Shown piece by piece: positions 1-10,505 of a stretch of DNA of 64,000 nucleotides (position 1 is the first letter of the stretch; the number at the start of each line of letters is the position of its first letter). The stretch spans positions 66,926 to 130,925 of the forward strand of contig JAJDCD010000025.1 of assembly GCA_029261035.1 (NCBI GenBank). The letters are read 5' to 3'. A program made the position numbers and the translations under genes. The notes below the pieces were generated by a model, which was not told where the DNA came from, made no database searches, and saw only the letters and a list, made by a program, of their open reading frames with translations. Source of the DNA: Candidatus Omnitrophota bacterium. Lineage in GTDB: Bacteria > Omnitrophota > Omnitrophia > Omnitrophales > JACROU01.

Positions 1-841
1 CATCATTCGTAAGGACAAAAGCAGCCTTCTTGATAAGAGCAAACGACTCTCTAAGTTTCCTCTTCCCAATCCAATTAACTACAGAAAACTCAGGGCCTAA
101 CTCAAGAAAGTCTTCTGCCAAATCCTTTTCTCCAGGGCTTCCCAACAGTACAATTTGCTTTGTTGGTAAATCCATTTTCAACAAACTTAAAAGCTGCACA
201 AAGTAATTCACAGGCCAACGTTTAAATTGAGCATCTCTTCCCCAAGAATCACCCCCGCCAGGGGCCACAACAATATAGCTATCATCACCCGAATTAAAGG
301 CACTCTCTCTCAACACATCCACTTCATTTATTTCTCGTTCTAATACATGAAGATGCATTTCCTGAGAGGAAGCTTCTACTTCTAAAGGTTTCAATAAATC
401 TAAATAATATTTGATCACATGCTTATTAGAATAACCTTGAGGTAACTGAAAACGATCCGATAAAAACAGCCCCCTCTTATGGTAATCAAATCCGATTCTT
501 TTGTGAATCCCTAGAAAAAATTTAGCCAAAAATGAATATTCTCTTGAAAGAGACACATCAATAAGCGTATCAAATTTTTCTTTTCTTAACCGCAATATCA
601 AACTAAAAACAAATTTCAACTTTCTTAAAAAGCTTTGTTTTCGAAACCACCCTCGATCAATAGGAATAGATTCATCCACATAAGAGTCATTCTCGAACAC
701 AGCTTCTGTCCTTGACCCTAGAAGTAAGACAATCTTCTCAACACGAGCTTCTTTCTTAAGAGCTCGAATGAGAGGAGTTAAAAAAAGACAATCTCCAATG
801 CCGAAAGGATTAACAATAAGTATACGCTTCAAAGGCTTCAA
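1..841 (-). CDS. Glycosyltransferase family 9 (heptosyltransferase-like), 3' end runs off the window
   Basis: Absent from the ORF track; translated by hand as (TTG 841 or 832) ..KRILIVNPFGIGDCLFLTPLIRAL...KFDTLIDVS...AAFVLTND, with the GT9 N-terminal IGD motif; open to position 2. Confidence 0.85.
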   Translation of the reverse strand, partial: MKPLKRILIVNPFGIGDCLFLTPLIRALKKEARVEKIVLLLGSRTEAVFENDSYVDESIPIDRGWFRKQSFLRKLKFVFSLILRLRKEKFDTLIDVSLSREYSFLAKFFLGIHKRIGFDYHKRGLFLSDRFQLPQGYSNKHVIKYYLDLLKPLEVEASSQEMHLHVLEREINEVDVLRESAFNSGDDSYIVVAPGGGDSWGRDAQFKRWPVNYFVQLLSLLKMDLPTKQIVLLGSPGEKDLAEDFLELGPEFSVVNWIGKRKLRESFALIKKAAFVLTND

Positions 842-1868
842 TGGCTTTTATAACCTCCTCAACAGTAATCGCATCTAAACATGCAAATGAATACGGGCAT
901 TCATGCGCCCAACAAATATCACAACCCACATCTTTGTGTAAAACCTTTGACTTCTCACCCAAGGGCCCCCAGCGCAACGGACTCAAACCAGCCTGATTTC
1001 GTCCAAAAATAGAGATAACCGGCGTATCCAAAGCACAAGCAATATGGACAGGTCCTGAATCGTTTGATATCAACATCTTCGCATCTTTAATCGCACAGAC
1101 AGACTCTGACAATTTTAACTTTTCTGTTAAATCAACAATATCCGACTGAACCCATTCTTTTATTTGTTTCACAAGAACATGTTCTTGATGACTTCCAATA
1201 AAAGCAATCGGAATATTTTTATTCTTAATTACATAATCCGCTAATGCCGCAAAATGACTTGGAGCCCACATCTTAGATGGACAGCTCGCTCCTGGATTAA
1301 TAGCAATATACTTCTTTTCTTCTAAACCTAATTGACTTTTAATTCGATTCCACTCAACTTGAGCTCGATCTTGGACAACCACTCTTGTATTCAACTTAGA
1401 AGGACACTGAATATCTAAAACACGAAGTAAATCAAAATTGTATTCAGCTTCATGCTTCTTGCCTTCTTGTTTTAGATGAGGAACTACATGAGTCAGCAAA
1501 CGATAATTCTTATACTTATATCCCAGACGAATTGGAATCTTTGCCAAATAAGAAACCCAATGAGAACGATTATTAGGATGAAGGTGAATCGCAATATCAA
1601 ACCGTTTACGCCTTAAGTCTCTAGCAAAGCTCCACGTGCCCTTCCAGCTCTTTTGCCCTTCCTGCTTATCATAAACAATAACTTCATCCAAAAAAGGGTT
1701 GCCCTGGATCAAATTTTGAGTCAAAGGAGAAACCATCATAGAAATCACCGCTTTAGGAAATTGAAGTCTCAAAGCTTCTATGACAGGAGTGCTTAAAACA
1801 ACATCCCCAATACGGTCTGTCCGAGTCACTAAAATGCGGTTTATTTTTTCATTTACTATTTCATTCAT
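810..1868 (-). CDS. LPS heptosyltransferase II-like (GT9)
   Basis: RILVTRTDRIGDVVL, INPGAS..SKMW, ISNDSGPVHIA motifs of GT9/WaaF. Confidence 0.9.
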   Translation of the reverse strand: MNEIVNEKINRILVTRTDRIGDVVLSTPVIEALRLQFPKAVISMMVSPLTQNLIQGNPFLDEVIVYDKQEGQKSWKGTWSFARDLRRKRFDIAIHLHPNNRSHWVSYLAKIPIRLGYKYKNYRLLTHVVPHLKQEGKKHEAEYNFDLLRVLDIQCPSKLNTRVVVQDRAQVEWNRIKSQLGLEEKKYIAINPGASCPSKMWAPSHFAALADYVIKNKNIPIAFIGSHQEHVLVKQIKEWVQSDIVDLTEKLKLSESVCAIKDAKMLISNDSGPVHIACALDTPVISIFGRNQAGLSPLRWGPLGEKSKVLHKDVGCDICWAHECPYSFACLDAITVEEVIKAIEAFEAYTYC

Positions 1869-1879
1869 TATTCAGAACC

Positions 1880-2854
1880 TCAAACTAACAATGTTTCTAT
1901 TTTTTCGTTTACTTCTTCTGCTTTTAAGTCGTCCAAACATTTCCTTCGATCAATATGACATTGAGCCATTTCACAAGGCGAACATTTTAAATCGTGACGA
2001 ACAACCAAACTTCTCTCGTCTTCGTGCGCATACTTCCAAGGATTTGTTGGGCCAAAAATAGCTACCGTTTTCTTCCCAAGCTCAACAGCAATTTGCATCA
2101 ATGCAGAATCATTCGATATAACAATTTCCGACACAGCAATACAAGCAGCCGCTTCCTTTAAGCTCGTACCGCCCCCTAAATCATAAACACCTTCCGGAGA
2201 ATCCGATTTATCCTTTAACGAACGTGTGAGCTCCATTTCTGCATCTCCACCTAAAATAACTACAGCCAACCCTTTGCTTTGCAAGTAAGACACAACACCT
2301 AAAAAACCCTCTTCAGTCCATCTCTTTGTACTACTGTTCGCTCCAGGAACAACAACAGCATAAGACTCGCCATCTTTTAAACCTAATTTTTTCAACTCAC
2401 AAAATACTTTCTCTGATTCCTGCTCACCATACAATTCAATCACCTTTCGATTAGAAAGATCCAAACCTAAAGGCTTTAAAACGGACAAATGTTTTTCTCT
2501 CACAGACTGAGATTCTTTAAACTTACGACGAAAAAGAGATGTTCGATACTTTGAACGAACCAATAAAGGAATCGCCGTATGCTTTAAATCAACAATCAAA
2601 TCATAACGTGTTCGAACAATCTCTCTAACCCATTTCCATTTATCCATCAATCCCCAATTTTTTTCATAAACAAATATTTGATTCAAATCAGAACACCCTT
2701 GAAACAAAGCCAAAGGAGCCCTACCACAAATCATATCCACACGAGCACCAGGAAACTCCCCCCTCAAAACAGAAAGCACCGGCAACGTCAAAATACAATC
2801 CCCAATATTAGTCAAATTAACAAACAAAATTCTCTGAACCCTCTTCTTATCCAC
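1880..2854 (-). CDS. Glycosyltransferase family 9
   Basis: RILFVNLTNIGDCIL, VPGANSSTKRW, ISNDSALMQIA, IFGPT. Start moved from 2917 to in-frame GTG at 2854, which has an AGGTGG RBS. Confidence 0.88.
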   Translation of the reverse strand: MDKKRVQRILFVNLTNIGDCILTLPVLSVLRGEFPGARVDMICGRAPLALFQGCSDLNQIFVYEKNWGLMDKWKWVREIVRTRYDLIVDLKHTAIPLLVRSKYRTSLFRRKFKESQSVREKHLSVLKPLGLDLSNRKVIELYGEQESEKVFCELKKLGLKDGESYAVVVPGANSSTKRWTEEGFLGVVSYLQSKGLAVVILGGDAEMELTRSLKDKSDSPEGVYDLGGGTSLKEAAACIAVSEIVISNDSALMQIAVELGKKTVAIFGPTNPWKYAHEDERSLVVRHDLKCSPCEMAQCHIDRRKCLDDLKAEEVNEKIETLLV

Positions 2855-2939
2855 TAAATCACCACCTAATTGATATGCTTTTAGCTTTTGACTTCGACGC
2901 CAGATGCGAATCCGCAAGCTTTATAGCGGATCCTGAATC

Positions 2940-3074
2940 CTAAACCAACTCCACTATCCAACGAATGCTTTTATCCCTGATAACAGTTCTTATCCATAAC
3001 AATAAATCAGGTTTCGTTATTAATACAATAACGAAACACATTAAACCAAGAAACAATATGGGCTCGACGCCCAT
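2940..3074 (-). CDS. Putative 44-aa small membrane protein
   Basis: Hand-translated MGVEPILFLGLMCFVIVLITKPDLLLWIRTVIRDKSIRWIVELV*; GAGGGG upstream; co-oriented with the operon. Confidence 0.4.
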   Translation of the reverse strand: MGVEPILFLGLMCFVIVLITKPDLLLWIRTVIRDKSIRWIVELV

Positions 3075-3118
3075 CTTGTTTCAACCCCTCACAAACCCAC
3101 CAGCGTTGATAAATTTAA

Positions 3119-3197
3119 GGAAACTAAAATATTCCCGCCGCGAGTTGCGCAGGCCACAGGCCGAGCATGTCTGAGCGCCGGGAACATTTTAGTTTCC
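3119..3197. repeat. Structured palindromic element, copy 1 (core shared with 22326-22401)
   Basis: 19-bp arms GGAAACTAAAATATTCCCG / CGGGAACATTTTAGTTTCC around the core CCGCGAGTTGCGCAGGCCACAGGCCGAGCATGTCTGAGCG. Confidence 0.8.
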
Positions 3198-3217
3198 GAC
3201 AACCCAATAAAAACACC

Positions 3218-4258
3218 TTATATATGAATAACCTTCTCCACCCCAACCCGCTCAACAAGAGAATCCCCAGAACCCAACCAACCTTCCCCCTCAATCCTCT
3301 CCAAAACCCCCACTGGCGTCAAATCATCCATCATCCCCGACTCCGCCTGAATAATAAGCGTATTCCCACTCCCTCGAGGCGCCGTATCCTTATAATCCGT
3401 AGGCCCAAACAAAGCAACAACATCCGTCCCCACAGCCCCAGCCATATGCATAGGACCCGTATCACAGGTAACCACAAAACGCGCTTTCGATAAAAGAGCT
3501 CCCAACTGCCCTAAATCCGTTTCCCCCGCAAATGAAACGGGATCTGCTTTCTTCGTATGCTTAATAATACTCTCCGCTAAAACAACATCACTTTTAGACC
3601 CTATAATTACAATCGGCAATTGGTATTTCTCATAAATCAAATCTGCAAGTTCCGCAAAATAAGACGTAGACCAACGCTTCGGCTCCCAATTGGCTCCTGA
3701 ATTAAGAACAACAAAAGATTTATTTGTAGAAAAATTCTTTTCCTCTAACTTTTTTTGAATCACATCATTCTCTTCTCGAGTTGGAACAAACTCACAATAA
3801 TAATTCTTAGGAATTTCCAGACCATCTGCTCTTAAAAGGTTAACAAAATAATCTGTTTGATGCGGAGGATTCTTTGGCTGCTCAATCGCATGAGTCAAAA
3901 ACATTCTTCTTTGTTTAGACATATAAGCAACCCTCTCTTTAATCCCTGCAAGCACACACCAAAAAGCTCTAGTTTTAGAAGGATGCAAAATATACACTTT
4001 ATCAAATTTTTCTTTTCGAAGCTGCAATATCAATGAAATTTTTTCTTTAAATCCACGGTTTAGTTTTTCATTAAATACAATAATACGATCGACATAAGGA
4101 GTATGATCAAGCACCCACTGGCAAACAGGAGGGACAATACACACAATTTCACAATTAGGATCATTCTCTTTAATCAATTTAAAACAAGGTGTTTGCATAA
4201 TCACATCACCAATCCAATTCTTCGTAAAAACTAAAACTTTTCTTCTTTTCATTCCCAC
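3218..4258 (-). CDS. LPS heptosyltransferase II-like (GT9)
   Basis: KNWIGDVIM, NSGANWEPKRW, TCDTGPMHMA, LFGPT. Confidence 0.9.
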   Translation of the reverse strand: MGMKRRKVLVFTKNWIGDVIMQTPCFKLIKENDPNCEIVCIVPPVCQWVLDHTPYVDRIIVFNEKLNRGFKEKISLILQLRKEKFDKVYILHPSKTRAFWCVLAGIKERVAYMSKQRRMFLTHAIEQPKNPPHQTDYFVNLLRADGLEIPKNYYCEFVPTREENDVIQKKLEEKNFSTNKSFVVLNSGANWEPKRWSTSYFAELADLIYEKYQLPIVIIGSKSDVVLAESIIKHTKKADPVSFAGETDLGQLGALLSKARFVVTCDTGPMHMAGAVGTDVVALFGPTDYKDTAPRGSGNTLIIQAESGMMDDLTPVGVLERIEGEGWLGSGDSLVERVGVEKVIHI

Positions 4259-4296
4259 CCTCCAAATTCTATTCTTTAATCAAATTACTATTTAAG

Positions 4297-5424
4297 CTAA
4301 TTGCAAAGCTCCATCACTTCTTCATAGGTTCCATTTAATTTCCCACACAACCCCTCTAAAGAAAACTGTTCTATAGCAATTCTCTGCCCTTCTTCACCCA
4401 TCTGATCTCTTAAAGGTGCGTCGTCAATTAATTGACTTATTTTTTCGGCTAAGGCTTGAGGATCTCTAGGAGGCACCAAAAACCCATTAAGCCCATCTTT
4501 AACCATCATATAAATCCCGCCTACATTCGTCACAACAACAGGTTTTTTCGAGCTCATCCCTTCTAAAATACACAAACCAAAACCTTCCTCATAGATAGGT
4601 GGGTGGACAAAGACATCGATCAATCCCAATGGAATGTTCACATCCTCCATAGCATCTGCAAAAACAATATGTTCCGTCACCTTTAACTCTTCAGCTAATT
4701 TTAATAAAGTGGGTTTATACTTCCCTTCACCTACTAAGAAAAATTTTGCGTTTGGATTATTTTTAATCACGTAGGGTACTGCACGAATAAGATACTGATA
4801 CCCTTTAACTTCTTCCATTCTTGCAATACTACCAACAACGATATCTTCATGCCTTAACCCAAAAAAATCTTTTAGTCCTTTTTTATCTTTATCAGACAAA
4901 CTTTTATTGTAACTATCAACATCAATTCCATTAGGCAATAATAGAGCTTGGTTTTTAGCCACCTTAAAGGTGTTTACCAAACTCTCTCGTACAGGTTCAC
5001 TAATTGCTGTAACTCGGGCACCCCAACAAGGAAACAATCTTCTAAAAAGGTGTCTTTTGTAAATCCCATGACATGTTGTGATATAAGGAACTTTTGTAAA
5101 ACGCCTTAAAAGTGCTGCCGCAACTTGCGCTACACGCGTGTGCGCATGAACAATACCAACACCTTCCTTTTTAATAATTTCCATAAGCTGTAATACAGAA
5201 AAAAGCACTTTGGGATGTGCTGCATTTTTTGTTTTTATTGGTATCGTGTAATGAGTCACACCCTCTTTCTCAAGACGTGCAACTAAAACACCTCCCGAAC
5301 TTGCAACAACAGGCTCTTTTCCTTGTTGCTTTAACTTACAAGCAAGGTTCACAACATAAGTACTAATACCACCAATATTCAAATGAGTGGTTAACAACAA
5401 CACCTTCATAAGACTTCCTTTCAA
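4297..5424 (-). CDS. Glycosyltransferase family 4
   Basis: HLNIGGIS, VHAH, EGFGLCILEGM, VVTNVGG. True start is probably the internal MKVLL. Confidence 0.9.
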   Translation of the reverse strand: MKGSLMKVLLLTTHLNIGGISTYVVNLACKLKQQGKEPVVASSGGVLVARLEKEGVTHYTIPIKTKNAAHPKVLFSVLQLMEIIKKEGVGIVHAHTRVAQVAAALLRRFTKVPYITTCHGIYKRHLFRRLFPCWGARVTAISEPVRESLVNTFKVAKNQALLLPNGIDVDSYNKSLSDKDKKGLKDFFGLRHEDIVVGSIARMEEVKGYQYLIRAVPYVIKNNPNAKFFLVGEGKYKPTLLKLAEELKVTEHIVFADAMEDVNIPLGLIDVFVHPPIYEEGFGLCILEGMSSKKPVVVTNVGGIYMMVKDGLNGFLVPPRDPQALAEKISQLIDDAPLRDQMGEEGQRIAIEQFSLEGLCGKLNGTYEEVMELCN

Positions 5425-7565
5425 TGTGAGTTTTGTAATGGCTCCGTCACATGCGTTAATTTAATCTCTTCTATCGAATCCAATACTTCTTCTACTGTAA
5501 TTTGTTTCATACAATCCAATTGAACTTTACTATGACAACTATTCGAATAACAAGGAGCACATTTAATCTGCTTCCAATGCACTCTGATCTTCTTTGAAGG
5601 AGGAACATGTTTCTCCGGAGAAGTCGGCCCAAAAAGAGCCACAACAGGAGTCAAAGAAGCTGCAGCGATATGTAATGGTGCCGAATCTGGGGTCACAAGA
5701 ACTCGAAACTTTTTAGTTAATGCAATCAACTCCCCCAAAGAAGTCTTTCCAACTAGATTAACAACCCCCTTAGAGTGCATTTGCAAAAACTTTTCGGCCA
5801 AATGATTCTCCTGAGCAGCCCCTATTAAAACAATACGTGCTTGATACTTTTTTTGGAGTTCTTCTGCTAAATGAACAAACCATTCCAAAGGCCAACGCTT
5901 TGTAACCCACTTAGAGCTGGCTCCTAAAGCAAACCCTACAAGAAACGCATCCTCGGACACCCAAGATTTTTCTAACTGCTTTCTTACTTGAAGCTCATCT
6001 CTAGAACTAGCCCATAACTCCAAACGGTCATCTAAAGTCTTTATTCCCAGCTCTTTTAAAAGCTGGAACTGATGATCTAAAGGCGGAATTAATTTATTAA
6101 ACCCCTTCGTTCCTCGATTCAATAAACGACCTCCTTTTCCTCGAATATAACCAAATCGTTCTGGAATTTGAGCTAAAAAAGCAAGGAGGTGCGTCTTAAA
6201 ATTATTTTGAAAATCTATAGATAAATCAAAACTACGATTACGAATCAAATAACACAAAGCAGGAAATCGAAAACCCAAACTCCACAAACGATCTCTTTTA
6301 AAAGGAATAATTTCATCTAAATAAGGGCACCCCTGCACTACTTTTATCCATTTTTCATCGACAAGAATGCTTATATGTGACTTAGGAAATTTTTCTTTCA
6401 ACATTCTTAAACTTGGAATAACTAGAACAAGGTCTCCCAAAGCTCCTAATTTTATTACCAATATTTTTTTCTCTCTTTGTAATTTCTCATAAACTTTTAT
6501 TGTTTTTTCAAACATAAGATCGAGAGAAAAGTTTTCTTCCACTTTCTTACGCAAAGCATGTGCATATTGAATACATAAGTCTTGGTTTTCAATCATCTTC
6601 ACCATAGCCTCTGACATAAGCACAGAGTTTGAGGGAGGAACAAGAAGTCCATTCACCTCATGATCCACAATCTCACTAACACCTCCCACACGCGTCGCCA
6701 CCACAGCAGTCCCAGATGCCGCAGACTCCACAATAACACGACCAAAGCCTTCCGGCGTCTTAGTTGACAGAACAAGTAAGTGCGCACGCTTCAATATCTC
6801 AGGGATATCATTGCGAGGCCCTAAAAACTGTACAACCTCTTTTAAATCTAATTCATCAACCAAATCTTTGAGATAGGCTTCTAGCTTTAGTCCCCTTTTC
6901 CCATTTGCTCCACCAACAATCCAAGCGCGTGTATGAGGGTGCTTTCGATGAACTAAATGAAAAGCTCTAATAAAATCCGAATGCCCCTTCAAAGAAGTAA
7001 TTCTGCCAATATTAACAATATTAAACTGAGACACATTGGATTGGTATTTTTCTATATTGAATTCAAAACTAGACAAATCCACTCCTCGATATATCAAATC
7101 CATACGTTCTTTTGTTACATTAAAATTTTCATGAATGTGATTACCAATAGCTTTAGAAATTACAATAACTCGTTTCCCAAATCCCATAACACGAGAAAAT
7201 ATATGTGTTGAATAATAACCATGACAAGTCGTTACAAACTGAACTCCCGTTTTTTTTCTCACTTTTTTACAAGCAAAATAAGCAATCCAAGCAGGTATTC
7301 GAGATCGGGCATGAACAATATCAATCTTCTCCCGAATCAACAAGTCAGCTAATTTACCGACAAGAAATAAAGAAGATAAAGATTTCTTATGCACAGGCAA
7401 GGAAATATGATGCACCTTTGCTTTCTCTAACTGTTTAACTAAAACACCTCCATTAGAAACCACATAAGGATCATGACCTCTCGCCTTAAGAGCTAAAGCC
7501 AAATCAATAGTTCCGCGTTCTACACCACCATGATTTAATTCTGGGAGAATTTGCAAAACTCTCAT
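5421..7565 (-). CDS. GT4-GT9 fusion glycosyltransferase
   Basis: N half GT4 (GGVERG, EGFGRVIVES); C half GT9 (KLGALGDLVL, TPDSAPLHIA, LFGPT). Confidence 0.88.
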   Translation of the reverse strand: MRVLQILPELNHGGVERGTIDLALALKARGHDPYVVSNGGVLVKQLEKAKVHHISLPVHKKSLSSLFLVGKLADLLIREKIDIVHARSRIPAWIAYFACKKVRKKTGVQFVTTCHGYYSTHIFSRVMGFGKRVIVISKAIGNHIHENFNVTKERMDLIYRGVDLSSFEFNIEKYQSNVSQFNIVNIGRITSLKGHSDFIRAFHLVHRKHPHTRAWIVGGANGKRGLKLEAYLKDLVDELDLKEVVQFLGPRNDIPEILKRAHLLVLSTKTPEGFGRVIVESAASGTAVVATRVGGVSEIVDHEVNGLLVPPSNSVLMSEAMVKMIENQDLCIQYAHALRKKVEENFSLDLMFEKTIKVYEKLQREKKILVIKLGALGDLVLVIPSLRMLKEKFPKSHISILVDEKWIKVVQGCPYLDEIIPFKRDRLWSLGFRFPALCYLIRNRSFDLSIDFQNNFKTHLLAFLAQIPERFGYIRGKGGRLLNRGTKGFNKLIPPLDHQFQLLKELGIKTLDDRLELWASSRDELQVRKQLEKSWVSEDAFLVGFALGASSKWVTKRWPLEWFVHLAEELQKKYQARIVLIGAAQENHLAEKFLQMHSKGVVNLVGKTSLGELIALTKKFRVLVTPDSAPLHIAAASLTPVVALFGPTSPEKHVPPSKKIRVHWKQIKCAPCYSNSCHSKVQLDCMKQITVEEVLDSIEEIKLTHVTEPLQNSH

Positions 7566-9502
7566 AATAGAGCCCTCAAGCTTTCCGAAATCTTTTTCTT
7601 ATCATCATAAATTAAACGTGTTCTTCGTTGATTCATCTCAACATCCAACTCTTTCTCAACATCAAAAGGATTCACAACGCGAAGCACTCCCTGTTTCTGG
7701 AGATGTTTTTGAAAACGATAATGTTTAGAAGCTAGACCTTTTGAGTTCATTTTCAAAATCAACACATCTTTCCCGCTTGCCACTCCTTCTGAAATCATGG
7801 ACACACTATCTTCTGAAACTAGGATCACATCACTTACGCCCATCATCTTCCGGGCAATTCCCTCTGGATTATCTTCATTAGCAATAACCAAAAGAGGCAC
7901 CTCTGGATGTTTCTCAAATTTATCTTTAAGCACTTTTTCGTATTGCTTAGACGTTCTTCTAGAAGTGGTTATGATCAATTTACAGTTATTCTTATGAACA
8001 AATCGATCCAAACCCTCCACAAATTGTTTGAAAAATTGTGGCGAAAAATCATACCCTTTGGTTTTACCCCCAAGAAAAACAGAAACAACCTTTTGGTGAT
8101 CCAAGTTCAATTCTTGCCTCAAAAGCTCTCCATCAATTTTTAATTGTTCTGAATCCACTAAGTTAGGCGCTACCCGCGTCAACAAAACCCCTTTAGATTC
8201 TTTTACGCGATCATGTTCAGGAATTAAACTTAAATCTGGTTTCATCAAATTAAAAGGAAACGGCCGCTTCATTAACACAATATTTTTAACTTGGAATTCC
8301 TTCTTTAAAATAAAATTAAGTGGCAAAACAGAAAAGCCACAGGAAACCACAAGGTCAGGTGCTGTTTGAACTAACTGTTCATAAGACTCTTTTTCAAGAA
8401 AAGCTTTCAAAACATGCATTCTCCCCTGAGACCAAGGTAAAAGAATCAAAGAAAATAGTGAAAACATGCGTTTAGCCCATTTGCTTTTATAACGAATTTG
8501 AACCGTATCTAATTTAAACTCGAAACGTTCGTCCAGCTCATCCAAATCTTTAATCATTTGAGCAATAGCTCTGGACTGAACTTCATGCCCCGGTTTTCCA
8601 TCCGACAAAACTACAATGTTTTTTGTCCAATTATATTTCCATCGTTTAAAAAACCACAGCCACTGTTCTGGAAACTGTGTAATGTATTTTTGTAAATAAT
8701 CCATATACTGCTGTGTGTATTTTTCTATATCTTTTTTCACATCATCTGTTTTCACAACTTCGATTGGCTCTTCAAAATAAATTCGATGTTGAGAACCTTT
8801 TTCTCTAACAAGAAAAGAGGTTTGTATAATAGAACCCGTTCGATAAGCAATTTCAATAATCCCTTGTGGCGCTGTAGTTTTTCGACCAAAAAAACGAACA
8901 GGGACCCCCTCTTTGCCTCCAGATTGATCTCCCAAAATTCCTAAGAGCCCATTTTCTCTACTTAATGCTCTTAGAATAGCTTTCACACCAGCTCCCTTGC
9001 GAATCATTTTAGATCCATGACATTCTCTTAACTTTGTCAAAAAATTTTCTAATCTTTTTAATTTTTGATCTTTTACGACAACATAAATAGGAAAACCTTG
9101 AAAACACCCCCAAAGACTTAATAATTCCCAGTTCCCAAAATGTGCCGTTAGAAAAACAACCCCCTTCGTTCTTTTAGCAATGCATGCGTCATAAATTTCT
9201 CTCCGGTATTCAACAACATGTTTATCAGAATAAGCTTGATTCATTTTTGGAAAATAAAGTATTTCCACAAAATTTTGAGCCAAATTCATATAGTTTTGAC
9301 GAATAATTTTCTTTAACTCTGGCCCTGAATACTGATTACCAAAAGCTATCTTAAGGTTTGCATACACTCGTTTAAATCGAATTCCTAGCAAAGCAAGAAA
9401 CCACCCGAAACAACGTGCGAAAAACAAAGATACTTTGACAGGCAAACATTGACACAAAAAAGCGGCAATTCTAACGAGAGTATAAGCTATTAAGTCGAGC
9501 AT
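7562..9502 (-). CDS. Lipid A late acyltransferase (LpxL/HtrB family) fused to an ELM1/GtrOC1-like domain
   Basis: N half: AHFGNWE, GDQ, PEQWLWFFKRWK. C half: LSDGKPGHEVQS, PEHD, TTSRRT, VSEDSVSMISE. Confidence 0.85.
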   Translation of the reverse strand: MLDLIAYTLVRIAAFLCQCLPVKVSLFFARCFGWFLALLGIRFKRVYANLKIAFGNQYSGPELKKIIRQNYMNLAQNFVEILYFPKMNQAYSDKHVVEYRREIYDACIAKRTKGVVFLTAHFGNWELLSLWGCFQGFPIYVVVKDQKLKRLENFLTKLRECHGSKMIRKGAGVKAILRALSRENGLLGILGDQSGGKEGVPVRFFGRKTTAPQGIIEIAYRTGSIIQTSFLVREKGSQHRIYFEEPIEVVKTDDVKKDIEKYTQQYMDYLQKYITQFPEQWLWFFKRWKYNWTKNIVVLSDGKPGHEVQSRAIAQMIKDLDELDERFEFKLDTVQIRYKSKWAKRMFSLFSLILLPWSQGRMHVLKAFLEKESYEQLVQTAPDLVVSCGFSVLPLNFILKKEFQVKNIVLMKRPFPFNLMKPDLSLIPEHDRVKESKGVLLTRVAPNLVDSEQLKIDGELLRQELNLDHQKVVSVFLGGKTKGYDFSPQFFKQFVEGLDRFVHKNNCKLIITTSRRTSKQYEKVLKDKFEKHPEVPLLVIANEDNPEGIARKMMGVSDVILVSEDSVSMISEGVASGKDVLILKMNSKGLASKHYRFQKHLQKQGVLRVVNPFDVEKELDVEMNQRRTRLIYDDKKKISESLRALL

Positions 9503-10505
9503 CCAACTTTTCCTCCCCTGAAACTATTTTTAGTTTTACAGAGACAACCACAGGATCAATCCACTTATTCCAAATATCCTTTTGCCTCATCCAATCCTTC
9601 TCTGTAGTAAAGACTTCTTGTATCAAACCATCATCTTTTAATTTCTTTATTTTTTTTAATTCCTGAATTGAAAAATTATGATGATCTAAAAAATTAATTT
9701 TTTTCTCAACCCGAATACCCATACACTCTACCAATCGATAAAAGGATTCAGGAAATCCAATACCAGACACACAGGCTACGGACTGATTTAAAAATGAGCC
9801 CACTTTCAAAGATTCTTCTGAAGACGCTCTGAATAAATCCCTTAGCTCATGCTCCGCTTCAATCAAATCCGCTTCAGGCGCATAATGCTCAATCTTTTGT
9901 TTTAAAAAACTCTCATCATCCTGAGATAAAGAGCTCCTGTGCGTTAAGACAATAACATCAGCTCTGTTCAATTCGGATAAAGGCTCCCTTAAACTCCCAA
10001 GAGGAATAAGGTTATTTGTCCCAAAAGGGCAGGCTCCATTAATCAACAGAACATCAAGATCTCTCTTCAGCTGAACATGCTGAAAACCATCATCGAGTAA
10101 AGCAATATCAAAATCTCTTCCATTCAAATAACGTGTGGCTGTCTTATGTCTATCTTTACCAACAGCAATTAAAGCTTGAGGACAAGAAGACTCCAACTCC
10201 AAAACTTCATCATGAGAATACCCTCTTGTCAGTATCATCACTTTTTTAGACTGCTCTTCTATTTTTGAAGTCAGATACTTAATAAAAGGGGTTTTTCCCG
10301 TTCCGCCCCAAGTAATATTCCCAACACTCACAACAGGAAACGATAAGGAGTTCTTTCTCAAGATTCGATATTTAAAAGCAGCCTTTCTAATTCCTATAAT
10401 CACTGAATAAAAAATACTAGCGATAGTCAGAAAAGGCACTATTATTTTATCTGTCAAAGTTTCGGCACCTGACTCTGCAATTTTTTTCACTTTAAGCTTC
10501 ATCAC
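9471..10505 (-). CDS. lpxK: Tetraacyldisaccharide 4'-kinase
   Basis: SVGNITWGGTGKTP, LTRGY, LLDDGFQH, TTEKD. Confidence 0.95.
   Translation of the reverse strand: MMKLKVKKIAESGAETLTDKIIVPFLTIASIFYSVIIGIRKAAFKYRILRKNSLSFPVVSVGNITWGGTGKTPFIKYLTSKIEEQSKKVMILTRGYSHDEVLELESSCPQALIAVGKDRHKTATRYLNGRDFDIALLDDGFQHVQLKRDLDVLLINGACPFGTNNLIPLGSLREPLSELNRADVIVLTHRSSLSQDDESFLKQKIEHYAPEADLIEAEHELRDLFRASSEESLKVGSFLNQSVACVSGIGFPESFYRLVECMGIRVEKKINFLDHHNFSIQELKKIKKLKDDGLIQEVFTTEKDWMRQKDIWNKWIDPVVVSVKLKIVSGEEKLDARLNSLYSR

Noticed and set aside
3167-3493. Plus-strand ORFs starting MSERR at 3167 and 22372
   Set aside because: The shared start is simply the ATGTCTGAGCG of the repeat core; the rest is antisense to real genes.
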